From a virus (taxonomy: Duplodnaviria > Caudoviricetes), in IMG/VR virus record IMGVR_UViG_3300011008_000002: a stretch of DNA of 64,000 nucleotides; one strand, 5' to 3'. This document shows, piece after piece, positions 50,076 through 60,841 of this stretch. The notes beneath the pieces were generated by a model, which ran no database searches, was not told the DNA's origin, and worked only from the letters and a program-made list of their open reading frames with translations. Every line of letters starts with the position of its first letter. Within the stretch, counting starts at the first letter, position 1. The position numbers and the translations under genes were made by a program.

Positions 50076-50159
50076 AGTAAACCGGACAATGTAATATGTA
50101 ATCATTGTCCGGTTTACTTCATATATTATAACCGTACATAAAACATAAAGGAGGTTACT

Positions 50160-50750
50160 ATGGATACAAACTGCTATACAGATTTAGATATGTTTGCTAA
50201 CTTAGACAGATTAGTAAGCTGCTATCTTGAATTAGATTTTCTCGCAGAACATTCACCATCTCCTGATGATTGTACTGGTGAAGAAAATGAATTGTATTTC
50301 AAGATAATTGATTTGAGGGATACTATGTCAGAAATGTTTGATTTTTATAGAACAGAAAGTGAGGCAACTAAAGATATGAGAACTTTGAAAGAAACGAAGG
50401 AACGCATCTTTGGAAAGACACCTGAAATACCTGTAAACGTAACCGATAATACTGATACGGAAGATGTCGACACGGATGATTTGGAATTTACTCCTGAACA
50501 AACACAGAGACTAGATGACATACACAATGCGGCATATGAATTCTGTAAGGTTATAACTCAGAATGATGACTTACCGTGGAGTATGTATTCTCTTGGAGAA
50601 ATCGTCGATGTGGCTGTTAGATTAGTATTATCTGACCCTAATCTCGATATAGATAAGGTATATTTTCCTGCCATAGTTACTGATGATGGTACTGGAGAAG
50701 GATATGTCAGTGACTATGAATATGGAGAAGCAGATCAATTATTTGAATAG
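50160..50750 (+). CDS. Hypothetical acidic protein
   Basis: 196-aa ORF with RBS AAGGAGG and TATATTATA upstream. Confidence 0.75.
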   Translation: MDTNCYTDLDMFANLDRLVSCYLELDFLAEHSPSPDDCTGEENELYFKIIDLRDTMSEMFDFYRTESEATKDMRTLKETKERIFGKTPEIPVNVTDNTDTEDVDTDDLEFTPEQTQRLDDIHNAAYEFCKVITQNDDLPWSMYSLGEIVDVAVRLVLSDPNLDIDKVYFPAIVTDDGTGEGYVSDYEYGEADQLFE

Positions 50751-50802
50751 TCGTTAATGATAACTCAGGTTGGGATTAGTAGTTTCCCAACCTGAGTTAT
50801 AT

Positions 50803-51294
50803 TCATTTATATAGTACAACCCCTCCAGATTTCAAAGACTTCTTTACATTGATAGTCCTTTGATTAGATGACCCTTTGAACACAAGGCTGATATCTTTTT
50901 TGTCCATCTGAAACGGACCATCAACTAATACATCAATGTATTTTAGAATTTCTTTGGAACCCGGAATGTTTTCCCAAGTATATCCTGTGAATAACCATAT
51001 ATCTTTATTGATAAACTTTTCATCAAAGCGTTTTACTAAAGATAATAATCCATCTTGATTTCTCGGATTTAATGGTTCTCCACCAAGGATAGATAAACCT
51101 TGATAACAAGATTGCTCAAGAGTTTTGAGTATCTTATCTTCTATGTCTTTTGTGAATTCCTCACCATAGTCAAAAGACCAAGCCACCTTATTAAAACATT
51201 CAGGACAATGAATGGTGCATCCTGATACAAATAAGGATAAACGAACACCTGGTCCATTAGCCACATCGTATTCTTTTATTGTAGCATAATTCAT
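50803..51294 (-). CDS. nrdG: Anaerobic ribonucleotide reductase activating protein (radical SAM)
   Basis: NGPGVRLSLFVSGCTIHCPECFN (CxxxCxxC), LGGEP, DVLVDGPF, GSSNQR. Confidence 0.95.
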   Translation of the reverse strand: MNYATIKEYDVANGPGVRLSLFVSGCTIHCPECFNKVAWSFDYGEEFTKDIEDKILKTLEQSCYQGLSILGGEPLNPRNQDGLLSLVKRFDEKFINKDIWLFTGYTWENIPGSKEILKYIDVLVDGPFQMDKKDISLVFKGSSNQRTINVKKSLKSGGVVLYK

Positions 51295-53489
51295 AGATGG
51301 AGCACCCTCTCATTTATTTCTTGAGTACGACCTTGATTCCAGTATTGCGTTCCTATGTAGCCACAGGTCCTTCTCGCAATAGACATCTTGCTCTGGTCAC
51401 GATTGCCGCACTTCGGGCATTCCCAGACAAGCTTATCATGGTCGTCCTTTACAATCTTTATTTCTCCATCATATCCGCAGCACATACAGTAATCTGACTT
51501 AGTGTTAAGTTCAGCATAGATAATATTATCATAAATGAACTTGATTACTGCTAATACAGCAGGTATATTATTCTGGAGATTTGGTACTTCTACATAACTG
51601 ATAGCACCACCCGGAGACAATGCCTGGAACTCAGATTCAAACTTGAGCTTTGTAAATGCATCAATCTCCTCTGTCACGTGAACGTGATAACTATTAGTGA
51701 TGTAGTTCTTATCAGTAACTCCTGGTATAATACCGAAGCGTTTCTGTAAACACTTAGCGAACTTATAAGTGGTTGACTCAATGGGAGTTCCATAGAGAGA
51801 ATAACTTATGTTCTCAGCTGCTTTCCATTCAGCACACTTATCGTTCATTTTTTGCATAACCTTGATACTGAAATCTTTACCTTCATCTGAAGTATGAGAT
51901 TTTCCAGTCATCCTCTTACACATCTCATACAGTCCGGCATACCCAAGGGATATCGTACTGTAGTTATTGTACAAGAGTTTATCTATAGTTTCTCCCTTTT
52001 CCAACCTAGCAAGCGCACCATGTTGCCAGAGAATAGGAGCAACATCAGAAATTGTTCCTAATAGTCTTTCATGACGAAGCCTAAGAGCCTTGTGGCAGAG
52101 TTCCAGTCTCTCGTCAAATATCTCCCAGAACTTATCGAAATCACCATTAGAAGAACAAGCAACATCAACCAAGTTAATAGTAACAACCCCTTGGTTGAAC
52201 CTACCGTAATACTTATGCTTTCCATTCTCACCCATACCAACGGTATCGGGAGTAAGGAATGAACGGCAACCCATACAAGTATAAACATCACCGTTCTTGT
52301 ATTGTCTCATAACCTTATTGGATATATAATCCGGAACCATTCTCTTAGCTGTGCATTTTGCAGCGAGTTCCGTAAGATACCAATATTCCGAATCCTCGGT
52401 TATGTTATTTTCATCCAATGCATATATAAGCTTCGGGAACGCAGGAGTTATCCATACACCCTGTTCATTCTTAACCCCTTCAATCCTTTGCAGTAGAACT
52501 TCTTCGATACAGATAGCTAGGTCTTTCCTAGTTTGTTCATCTTCGGGTTCGTTGATATTCATATACATCGTAACGAATGGTGTCTGACCATTGGTTGTCA
52601 TAAGAGTAAGTATTTGATACTGTATAGTCTGTACACCACTCTTGATTTCCCTACGAAGACGAGTTTCAATCATATGGTTCTGTTGTTCTTCAGTCATAGA
52701 ATTGAATGCATCCTCGCCAAGCTCATCAATAGCATTCTTGCGAATTTTCTGTCTTGAAACATTCACAAAAGGAGCCAAATGAGCCAATGAGAATGACTGA
52801 CCGCCATACTGATTAGAAGCGACCTGAGCTATAATCTGAGTAGCTACATTACAAGCCGTTCCAAAACTGTGAGGCTTTTCAATCAATGTCTGAGTTATAA
52901 CTGTTCCATTCTGAAGCATATCTTCCAGATTAATCAGGCAACAGTTATGTTCAGGTTGAACGAAGTAATCAGTATCATGGAAATGTATAATACCTGCATC
53001 GTGAGCTTCCATAATATCAGGAGGAAGTAATAATCTCCTTGTAATATCCCTTGATACTTCTCCAGCCATGTAATCACGCTGAGTAGAATTGATTACCGGG
53101 TTTTTATTGGAATTTTCCTGCTTAGCCTCTTCGTTTGTGCGGTTTACAAGAGACAAAATCTTATTGTCAATGGAAGTTGTATTACGTACAATCTCCCTCT
53201 TATACCTATATCTTACATAAAGTTGGGCAACCTCATATCCACGCATTTCCATGATGCCCACTTCAACCATATCCTGTATGTCTTCTACCTGAACTGCATG
53301 AGATGATTCAGCCACCTGCTTAGCGATATTTTCCGCTATAGCGACAATCTGAGAACTAGATAATCTCCTAGTATGATCAGGTTCTTCTTTGTTAGCTTTT
53401 GTAATCGCGTTGATGATTTTGGTGATGTCAAATTCGACTTCTTCACCACTCCTTTTGATGACGTTGGTCTTCACTACCATTGCATCCAT
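51291..53489 (-). CDS. nrdD: Anaerobic (class III) ribonucleoside-triphosphate reductase
   Basis: ATP-cone VIKRSG, HNCCL, QYGGQ, MGCRS, C-terminal CxxC pairs and glycyl-radical motif RRTCGYIG. Confidence 0.96.
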   Translation of the reverse strand: MDAMVVKTNVIKRSGEEVEFDITKIINAITKANKEEPDHTRRLSSSQIVAIAENIAKQVAESSHAVQVEDIQDMVEVGIMEMRGYEVAQLYVRYRYKREIVRNTTSIDNKILSLVNRTNEEAKQENSNKNPVINSTQRDYMAGEVSRDITRRLLLPPDIMEAHDAGIIHFHDTDYFVQPEHNCCLINLEDMLQNGTVITQTLIEKPHSFGTACNVATQIIAQVASNQYGGQSFSLAHLAPFVNVSRQKIRKNAIDELGEDAFNSMTEEQQNHMIETRLRREIKSGVQTIQYQILTLMTTNGQTPFVTMYMNINEPEDEQTRKDLAICIEEVLLQRIEGVKNEQGVWITPAFPKLIYALDENNITEDSEYWYLTELAAKCTAKRMVPDYISNKVMRQYKNGDVYTCMGCRSFLTPDTVGMGENGKHKYYGRFNQGVVTINLVDVACSSNGDFDKFWEIFDERLELCHKALRLRHERLLGTISDVAPILWQHGALARLEKGETIDKLLYNNYSTISLGYAGLYEMCKRMTGKSHTSDEGKDFSIKVMQKMNDKCAEWKAAENISYSLYGTPIESTTYKFAKCLQKRFGIIPGVTDKNYITNSYHVHVTEEIDAFTKLKFESEFQALSPGGAISYVEVPNLQNNIPAVLAVIKFIYDNIIYAELNTKSDYCMCCGYDGEIKIVKDDHDKLVWECPKCGNRDQSKMSIARRTCGYIGTQYWNQGRTQEINERVLHL

Positions 53490-53717
53490 AATAGCAATAA
53501 ACCTCCTTTATTGTAAATTATTGGTAAATGATAACCAAGATGACTTTTATTTTACTACAAAGTCATCTTGGTTAGTTGCAAGTATCTGTTTGAGTATCCA
53601 TCAAAACAGTAAGTATGGTTTTATTGACTTTTACTCCGTAAATACAGCGTTGCAGCTAATTAGCTGAGCTGGTTTTACCCATTAATCTTTTGTTAAGTCT
53701 ATGGTCAAAACCTATAT

Positions 53718-56381
53718 TTACTCACTATCAGACGATTCCTGATTTTCAGCCATCTTAGTCTGTATCTGATTGTACAATTTAGTCTGTCTTGCTTTCATGA
53801 GAGATTGTTTGTACATGTCAGGAAGTAATTCCCAAGGAGCAGCCGGAGTTTGTTCAATAACAAGCTGTCTTGTCATATCCTCTATAATAAACGCTGTGAT
53901 CTCTGGTGGGTTAGTTGTATCACCACCGACATATGTTTTTACCATGCTCTCGCATAACCCAATGTTATCATTCAACTGTTGGTTCGTTATATTGTTATTG
54001 ATAACTTTGGATTCTCTCAAAGATATCTTCATCTTATCAAGAATATTATCAGGTATTGCGTGAGGATAGCAATTCTTTACTAGCGTCTTTGCCGTTTCAG
54101 TAAGAGGACCGTTGAAGTCCTTCTTGATACTATTACATCTTGTAAGGTGCTTGATATTCGCCATACCAAGCATTGTTGCATACTCGATTTCGTCAACATA
54201 ATCGACCATAACAGCAGGAACACCAGTTGCACCGATTGCCATTTTCTTTAGGTCAGTAAGGAATTCATTATGCATATCAATCTGCTGACCTGAAACAACA
54301 TCCATCTCGAATGGTTTAACTTCATTGACACCCATGTCGAGGAAAAACCTCTTATTGATAGCACGATTTCCGTGAAGGATATTACCATTTGCAATCTGTA
54401 TAGGGTCTACATTACTATCCTCTAACTGATCCATCATATCTGAAATCTGATTGTTGATTTGACCATCTAAAGCACTTTCTTTCAGATAGTAAAATTCGCT
54501 ATCAGTTGATTTTGTAATGATGGCAGTTGTATAAAAAAGTATGAGAGATGTATACAATCTTGCATATAGCAGAGACCTCAGTATAACCGGTTGTCCATTA
54601 TCGTGTTCATCTGTATTCGTTTTCCAAGGAATTATAAACTCAGGACGAACGAACTTTATCCTTATAGGGTTATCCCTCCTTTCTGCATAGAGAATACAGT
54701 TAAGTATCATACTCTTTAACTGATTATCACCCTTTAACACATCTCCATACTTCAAATTCTTAAGAACTGAATCAACTATTCCGTCGATTACCACATTCCT
54801 CTGATTGAAGTTCATTTGATTGGACATGATATCAGTTACAGAAGTCCCCATTCTTGCATAATCGTAATTCTCGAAATAATAGTATCCTACAACGTAATCG
54901 AAAATCTTAATAGGAACTAATTGCCTTGGGTCTACGAGCTTTGTATGACAACCCAATACATCGTCAGATTGTTTCAGCATATTGGCAGTGATTTCATTAT
55001 CGTTATTTGTTGTAAATCCATCATCCGTACTCTGAGTTGATTTCTTTGAAAACTTCTCAGATATTTCATTGAGCTTGTCATTATCAGTAATTCTACCGAT
55101 CTCTGGTGTTTCCTTTGGTTGTTTTTTATCAGTTGGATATTGTATTGCTACAAGTTCTCCATCTTTAACAAATTTCTTTGTTAAATCTGATACGATATCT
55201 TTTCCGGCTTCGATATACGACGCAAACTTATCCTTATTAGAACCAGTCCGTACACCAATCTTACTGTCAAATTGAACATTACCTGATTTGATATCGTCAA
55301 TATCTTGTATCAACTTGTTCTGAGTAGCTTTCATAGAAGCTGATATAGCATTTTGTATATGGTCATCGAGTTTTTTGTATGAACCAAGACCTTCAATATC
55401 AGGAATAGAAGTATCTTCGCATACTAGAATTTGTTTTGCATTCTCTTTGATGATATTGATTGTCTCTTGGATGACTTTCTGGTCATTAGAAAGTTTATCA
55501 CTTTTTATACTCTCTTCCAAAGTAGGGTCAATCGACTCAAAGATGGAAGTAACACTTTCCATACATGAGTCATAATCCTTATTATCACCAAACAAAGCGT
55601 GAGTATCTGTAGACTCGTAGAATGGAATTCCACCGTAACCCATTCCATGTGAGTTGTTAATGGCAATAAGTTTCATCCCTATTTCACTATAGGGAATAAT
55701 CATTATGTAATACGTCCCATATTTTATAGCTTTCGGAGCAACATGGTCACGTATTTTTATTGTCATTTTTTGATACTCTAAAGCTTTCTTTACGATTGAT
55801 ACGTAAGCACTTGTATCATCTGTAACTCCAGGAAAGTCGATATCCATACTGATATCTTCATTCACCTGTTCAGCTCTAAGGACATTATCTCTTATAATGA
55901 GATTTGCTTCTTCAAGCTGATAGAAATAGCTACAAACTGAATCTATCTCATCATAAATATGAATAATATCAGATGATGTAGATAAAAAATAAGAAGCTAT
56001 TTGAGTATCACCCATTGTAAACAACTTATCGAGCTGAACATTTTTCAAAAGCTTATCTTGAGCAGCATTACCAGTTGTAAAACCATTTTTTCTGAATGCT
56101 TGTTGAGCTTTACCATAATCCTTATGACCAATTAGAGCATTAGCTATATAGTCATATGTACTATCGGTAGAGTCCTTTGAAGATTTTACTCCTTGATAAT
56201 CTTGCTGTATGATATTATTATAACGATGGTGAATGTTAAGAAGTTCATCAGAACGACCACCATCGTCACCTGTAAACGCGATTGATTCTGACCGCAATAA
56301 ATTCACAAGTTCTTTGTTCATGTCTTCCATTCTTTTTAAGTCAGGAGTTAGACTAGAACTGTTGGATTTACTTTCCGCCAT
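53718..56381 (-). CDS. Probable portal protein
   Basis: 887 aa, similar in size to jumbo-phage portals. KAIKYG and LKKMAIGATGVP..D..EYA segments resemble T4 gp20-type portal motifs. Confidence 0.6.
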   Translation of the reverse strand: MAESKSNSSSLTPDLKRMEDMNKELVNLLRSESIAFTGDDGGRSDELLNIHHRYNNIIQQDYQGVKSSKDSTDSTYDYIANALIGHKDYGKAQQAFRKNGFTTGNAAQDKLLKNVQLDKLFTMGDTQIASYFLSTSSDIIHIYDEIDSVCSYFYQLEEANLIIRDNVLRAEQVNEDISMDIDFPGVTDDTSAYVSIVKKALEYQKMTIKIRDHVAPKAIKYGTYYIMIIPYSEIGMKLIAINNSHGMGYGGIPFYESTDTHALFGDNKDYDSCMESVTSIFESIDPTLEESIKSDKLSNDQKVIQETINIIKENAKQILVCEDTSIPDIEGLGSYKKLDDHIQNAISASMKATQNKLIQDIDDIKSGNVQFDSKIGVRTGSNKDKFASYIEAGKDIVSDLTKKFVKDGELVAIQYPTDKKQPKETPEIGRITDNDKLNEISEKFSKKSTQSTDDGFTTNNDNEITANMLKQSDDVLGCHTKLVDPRQLVPIKIFDYVVGYYYFENYDYARMGTSVTDIMSNQMNFNQRNVVIDGIVDSVLKNLKYGDVLKGDNQLKSMILNCILYAERRDNPIRIKFVRPEFIIPWKTNTDEHDNGQPVILRSLLYARLYTSLILFYTTAIITKSTDSEFYYLKESALDGQINNQISDMMDQLEDSNVDPIQIANGNILHGNRAINKRFFLDMGVNEVKPFEMDVVSGQQIDMHNEFLTDLKKMAIGATGVPAVMVDYVDEIEYATMLGMANIKHLTRCNSIKKDFNGPLTETAKTLVKNCYPHAIPDNILDKMKISLRESKVINNNITNQQLNDNIGLCESMVKTYVGGDTTNPPEITAFIIEDMTRQLVIEQTPAAPWELLPDMYKQSLMKARQTKLYNQIQTKMAENQESSDSE

Positions 56382-56504
56382 AATTCATATCTCCTTTCTT
56401 AGTTATTATGCCAAAAAATGAAGGCACTCTTATTATCTTTGTGGAAAGAGGAGATATCTACGAAAAAGAAGACTAGGTGGTAAACAAGTTACCACCTAGT
56501 TTCT

Positions 56505-56975
56505 CTACCAAGCATAAATCTCTATATAGACATAGTTATCATGTCCAATCATCAATGTATCTAATATTGATTGATATAGACTCTGATTGTCTATGTCGAA
56601 TTTTTTGTAAGCTACATTATATTTCCCTGATAACTCTAAATTCTTCCCATATCCTACATTATCAAGACACCATGCTGTTTTGATTGCATCATTATCAAAG
56701 AGATCGTTGCTCTCTATCACCCTCACCATTCTGAAACTGATAATAGAACAACCATTAATTATTTCAGTTTTTATGAAGTTGATGAGGTTCAATGATTTAG
56801 ATTTTTCAACGATAATTTTAGATGGATGAGCATCAAGTAAAGTTTCTGTTACATCGTACTCGTTAATATATATCGGTGGATAATACGATTCATAATCTAG
56901 GTCATTATTAGTTTCAAGATTGATTTTCCCCCGAATTGAACAGAATATCTTTGGCTCTCTATCTGGTACCTTCAT
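56505..56975 (-). CDS. Hypothetical protein
   Basis: 156-aa ORF with RBS AAGGAGG. Confidence 0.7.
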   Translation of the reverse strand: MKVPDREPKIFCSIRGKINLETNNDLDYESYYPPIYINEYDVTETLLDAHPSKIIVEKSKSLNLINFIKTEIINGCSIISFRMVRVIESNDLFDNDAIKTAWCLDNVGYGKNLELSGKYNVAYKKFDIDNQSLYQSILDTLMIGHDNYVYIEIYAW

Positions 56976-56986
56976 ATCATACCTCC

Positions 56987-57505
56987 TTAAAATAAGTTAC
57001 GTAGATTATCTTCTTTGCAGAATACAACCTTGACTGGGTGTCCAAGGGCAAAACTTATATCATTCATAATTTGATAAGTATCATATATTGCCCCATCAAT
57101 GTATGCAAAACAGTGGTTATCACACCCGACAATGTATCTTCCAAATCTATGGGTTGCTAAAAATGTCCCGGTCGATACAACCATATTAGGTTCCACTGCT
57201 ACATAATGATATTTCTTCAGGTAGTTATGGATTGTTCCAATGTGATTCATAACCTTGTAATGGTTTAATCCTGATTTCGTTAATCCTAAATAATGATGTT
57301 TATAATCATCTTCATTAGGTTTGGATGGGTCATCAGCCAATATCGCGCATACTGACCTTACTACGCAATCATCTGCATCAGAATCGTTGTTTGGATTCCA
57401 ATTTGTATTCGAATAACGTATATTCAGTAATTGCAATAGACCGTGTTTCCCATCCGTACCATATGTCACAGGTGGATTAACAAAGATAGAACCACTATCA
57501 AACAT
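56987..57505 (-). CDS. Hypothetical protein with papain-like Cys/His/Asp motif set
   Basis: NP..DCVVRSV...NHCFAYIDGAIYDT. Confidence 0.55.
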   Translation of the reverse strand: MFDSGSIFVNPPVTYGTDGKHGLLQLLNIRYSNTNWNPNNDSDADDCVVRSVCAILADDPSKPNEDDYKHHYLGLTKSGLNHYKVMNHIGTIHNYLKKYHYVAVEPNMVVSTGTFLATHRFGRYIVGCDNHCFAYIDGAIYDTYQIMNDISFALGHPVKVVFCKEDNLRNLF

Positions 57506-58297
57506 TTATCCAGTACCTCCTTCTTCATAGATTAGTACTAAGTAATCGTGTATTGTTTCAATATACATGGTACCACTACCACAAGGATAGGATGCATAGA
57601 TTCTAAGAAGTGATACATCATTTTCTTGTGAAGGGAAAAATGTATAGAACACATTGTTTGCTATAGGAGCACCCTTTCTCTTTACCCCACTAAACATGAA
57701 CAATGATTTTGCTAATCTTGTTGAAACATGACGCTTATCGACTTCTTGTACAATCGGTACAATCCCACCCTCTTTAATAACATCTAAATCTGAATCGGAC
57801 ATTCTAGCCCAATACTCAGTCGGGATCAGTGATCTCTCATTATATAGATTGTCGAACCAATCAATGAGCTTAGCTGTATTCAATATATCGTCTCTGATTT
57901 CATCGCGTAGTAATCTAGCTATAGATACTTCAATTCTTTTTGCTGCGATAGGGTCTTCAAATATTAGGAATAGCTCCTCCTCTTCGCATACATAGTATAC
58001 ATTTTTTCTGAATGATGGGGAGTCTAATTTGATACCCTTAATTTTGTTAATGACATCCATTAAACTTTCTATATAATAAATGCCATTTTCTACCATAGAT
58101 TTGTTAAATCCAGTGAATGGGAACCGTACTACATGCATACCGGGTATTTTTCCAGTATCCCAGTTGTTCTTCTTTGTGCATATCATACAGTCGTTTTTGA
58201 TGATGTATTCATCTCCAACTTTAGTAAGACGTGCCAGGAATGAAGCGAATGTATCAATTTCCTTACACGTTATTTTTGTTAAGTTTGACATAATCAT
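57506..58297 (-). CDS. Hypothetical protein
   Basis: 263-aa ORF with RBS AAGGAGG. Confidence 0.7.
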   Translation of the reverse strand: MIMSNLTKITCKEIDTFASFLARLTKVGDEYIIKNDCMICTKKNNWDTGKIPGMHVVRFPFTGFNKSMVENGIYYIESLMDVINKIKGIKLDSPSFRKNVYYVCEEEELFLIFEDPIAAKRIEVSIARLLRDEIRDDILNTAKLIDWFDNLYNERSLIPTEYWARMSDSDLDVIKEGGIVPIVQEVDKRHVSTRLAKSLFMFSGVKRKGAPIANNVFYTFFPSQENDVSLLRIYASYPCGSGTMYIETIHDYLVLIYEEGGTG

Positions 58298-58381
58298 ATC
58301 CTCCTTTATTGAGTGGTGTCAAACAGTGCGATTTCTTAAAAAATACCACCTTACTCCAAAAATAGAGTAAGGTGGCAGTTA

Positions 58382-58801
58382 TTATCCTTCCCATTCAGTA
58401 CACGGGAAACCTGCTTCTGTCAGCCATTTTGCTACGAGAGTTCTGTGACAAAAGTCACCAACCTTTTCATAACAACACAATGCAGCATGTATATCGGGAT
58501 TGCTCCATATCTCAGCCCCGGAATCCTTCAGCTTATCCGCAATCTCTGCCTTATTAGTATATACTATCTCATGAATGATGTCAGACGGATTAAGCTTATC
58601 CAGTACTTTCTCTGTATAAATCTTAGTATATTCATCTTCATTGATAAGTCCATTCTTATAATCCCTAAGCAAATTTCCCGGCGGCATTAATTCTACAATA
58701 CGTCCATTTGTAAACCATGTCGGAGACGAAAATGCAATAGAGATTGGATAGACATTTTTGGGAAGCTTCTTAATCTTCCCGAAGTATGATGTGTAAAGCA
58801 T
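58382..58801 (-). CDS. DUF488-like protein
   Basis: YTSYF..ISI..L.P..Y..Y..LCCYEK.DFCHR.LVA.WL pattern. Confidence 0.7.
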   Translation of the reverse strand: MLYTSYFGKIKKLPKNVYPISIAFSSPTWFTNGRIVELMPPGNLLRDYKNGLINEDEYTKIYTEKVLDKLNPSDIIHEIVYTNKAEIADKLKDSGAEIWSNPDIHAALCCYEKVGDFCHRTLVAKWLTEAGFPCTEWEG

Positions 58802-58802
58802 C

Positions 58803-59624
58803 TTAAAAATACCTCCCTATATAAGATGTGAAAGCTAATGCTTTGAGTTCTGCACCAACAACTTCTGATTTATTATTTCTGTAAGCGTTGATTGTATATT
58901 GTACTCCTATAAAGTTCTTACGTAAAATTTCTAGCAGTATGAATTTCCAGACTGAGTTATCCATAGCATCGCTCCCAGTCTTTATGTTGTAGTCGTTTGT
59001 TTTCATAGCGAGTGAGTATTCTCCTGAACTACTCGTTGTGAATAATATCACCGATTTGATGAATGCGTTTCTTATCTCATCTGGGATTGAACTATAGTTC
59101 AAACTGAATACTTGATAAAGTTCTTGTAAATCCTTATTCTCAGCATAATTATCATCTGTTACTTCAGGAAATACACTATAGAATAAATCCCTAAAATCCT
59201 TTTTATGTCTGACTTTCCCATCGTTCATAACTTCATCAAGTATATAGGTATTCATCCATGCGCGTACGCAATCTATTTCTTCATCCCAGTTGTCATTTGA
59301 TAGTACTTCATTATCTTGCGGTACGACTCCATCTACGAAGTTTGCAACGGCTATAAACTGGTATGGATCAGCCTTTGCATATTCGATTAGTATATCTTTA
59401 ATCCTATATAAAATATCATCTTCTGAATCTCTCCGTTTGACGAATAGATTTATTGTATCCGGAAATACTCTATCCCCTTCTTTAACGTATTTGACGATTA
59501 CATCATCCATCAAAAAGTTTTCTTTCAAGTAATAGACTACACCATCACAAGCTTGGTATATCCTTTTATCACCATTCGATGGTTTGTGTCCATTAAGATA
59601 TTGGAGTGAATATATTAGTTCCAT
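58803..59624 (-). CDS. Hypothetical protein
   Basis: 273-aa ORF with RBS AGGAGG. Confidence 0.75.
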   Translation of the reverse strand: MELIYSLQYLNGHKPSNGDKRIYQACDGVVYYLKENFLMDDVIVKYVKEGDRVFPDTINLFVKRRDSEDDILYRIKDILIEYAKADPYQFIAVANFVDGVVPQDNEVLSNDNWDEEIDCVRAWMNTYILDEVMNDGKVRHKKDFRDLFYSVFPEVTDDNYAENKDLQELYQVFSLNYSSIPDEIRNAFIKSVILFTTSSSGEYSLAMKTNDYNIKTGSDAMDNSVWKFILLEILRKNFIGVQYTINAYRNNKSEVVGAELKALAFTSYIGRYF

Positions 59625-59700
59625 TTTATCTCCTCCTATGCAATTAAGAATATGAGGCGGGTATGATAATAATTTATCAACCCACCTCCTGTTAGTGTTG

Positions 59701-60663
59701 TTATTCTGTAACCGATGGCGTCTTTAATTCACTGACAAATATCTCTTTTAGAGATTTACCTGATTGACAGTTCTCTTCATAGAACTTCACTTTATTCAAG
59801 AACTGCTTTAGTAACATAGGTTCTGCCATCGTATAGTTGCTTTGTATCATGAGTTTGGTAAACTCTTTCTGAGGGTCAAAATCCCCCAACGCTTTATTAC
59901 AAGCTTCATTAGCAGCTGTAAACCTTGCTGTAGCTTCCTTATTGGTTATACCCATTATGAATACGAACTCATCAATGAAATTGCCTATCGTATAAGTAAC
60001 AAGATGAGTCCTATTCTTCTTAGAGTATACAACATATGGTTGCCATAATGTATCAACGAGTTCGTTTAGTACAAGTCCGCACTGGTTTACTGGCTTGTGT
60101 TCACAGAGTTCCTTAGCAAACGTATCAGCGAGTGTTGTACCCTTAAGGTTGTATCGGTTTATAGCTTTTACCATATCCCTATTTAGATCGTATACTACCT
60201 TCTCGATTTCTTCATCTGTAGAATCTTTCTTTATCGGTTCTGTTGGTGGCGTAAGGTGAATAATGTCTAGCATTTTTATTGATGTTCTCTTAAGCCATTC
60301 TGTTGCCTGAAGCGGAGTAAATCCGTTTATAATTGTGAGATTGAAGAGGATACCATCAACCATAGCTTTCATATCCAAATCTCCGAGTAGAGATAACTCT
60401 GCAACGTTAATTCCCGCTTCCTCAATATGTCTACGGTAGAAGTGTGGATCCCAATTCTCGTTCACAAATACCCTGATATTTTCAACAACGATATCCCGAA
60501 CTGTAGGTAAAGTTGATTCGAAATATTCAACGGTTGTTGACGTCTCGTTGATTATATCTGATATCTCATCTTCGGAATATCCTTCCATAATTTCTCCATT
60601 GAGATAAATATTCAGTTTTGGATCATTATAAACCTCGTGGAGATTTTCAGTAGTTACTGTCAT
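59701..60663 (-). CDS. Hypothetical protein
   Basis: Start MTVTT after RBS AAAGGAG. Confidence 0.7.
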   Translation of the reverse strand: MTVTTENLHEVYNDPKLNIYLNGEIMEGYSEDEISDIINETSTTVEYFESTLPTVRDIVVENIRVFVNENWDPHFYRRHIEEAGINVAELSLLGDLDMKAMVDGILFNLTIINGFTPLQATEWLKRTSIKMLDIIHLTPPTEPIKKDSTDEEIEKVVYDLNRDMVKAINRYNLKGTTLADTFAKELCEHKPVNQCGLVLNELVDTLWQPYVVYSKKNRTHLVTYTIGNFIDEFVFIMGITNKEATARFTAANEACNKALGDFDPQKEFTKLMIQSNYTMAEPMLLKQFLNKVKFYEENCQSGKSLKEIFVSELKTPSVTE

Positions 60664-60841
60664 TACAAACTCCTTTCTGTATGAAACGTTTATTGCATCC
60701 CATGTCAATATTTAATTATTTTGTCGGTGTAACTTTCGGATTTTATTACATAATTGATCTCCCCTTTCTTTTATATAAATTAATATGATAGTAGACTTAG
60801 ATTACTAAAATCCTAGTCTACTATCATAATATATTTCTGTT

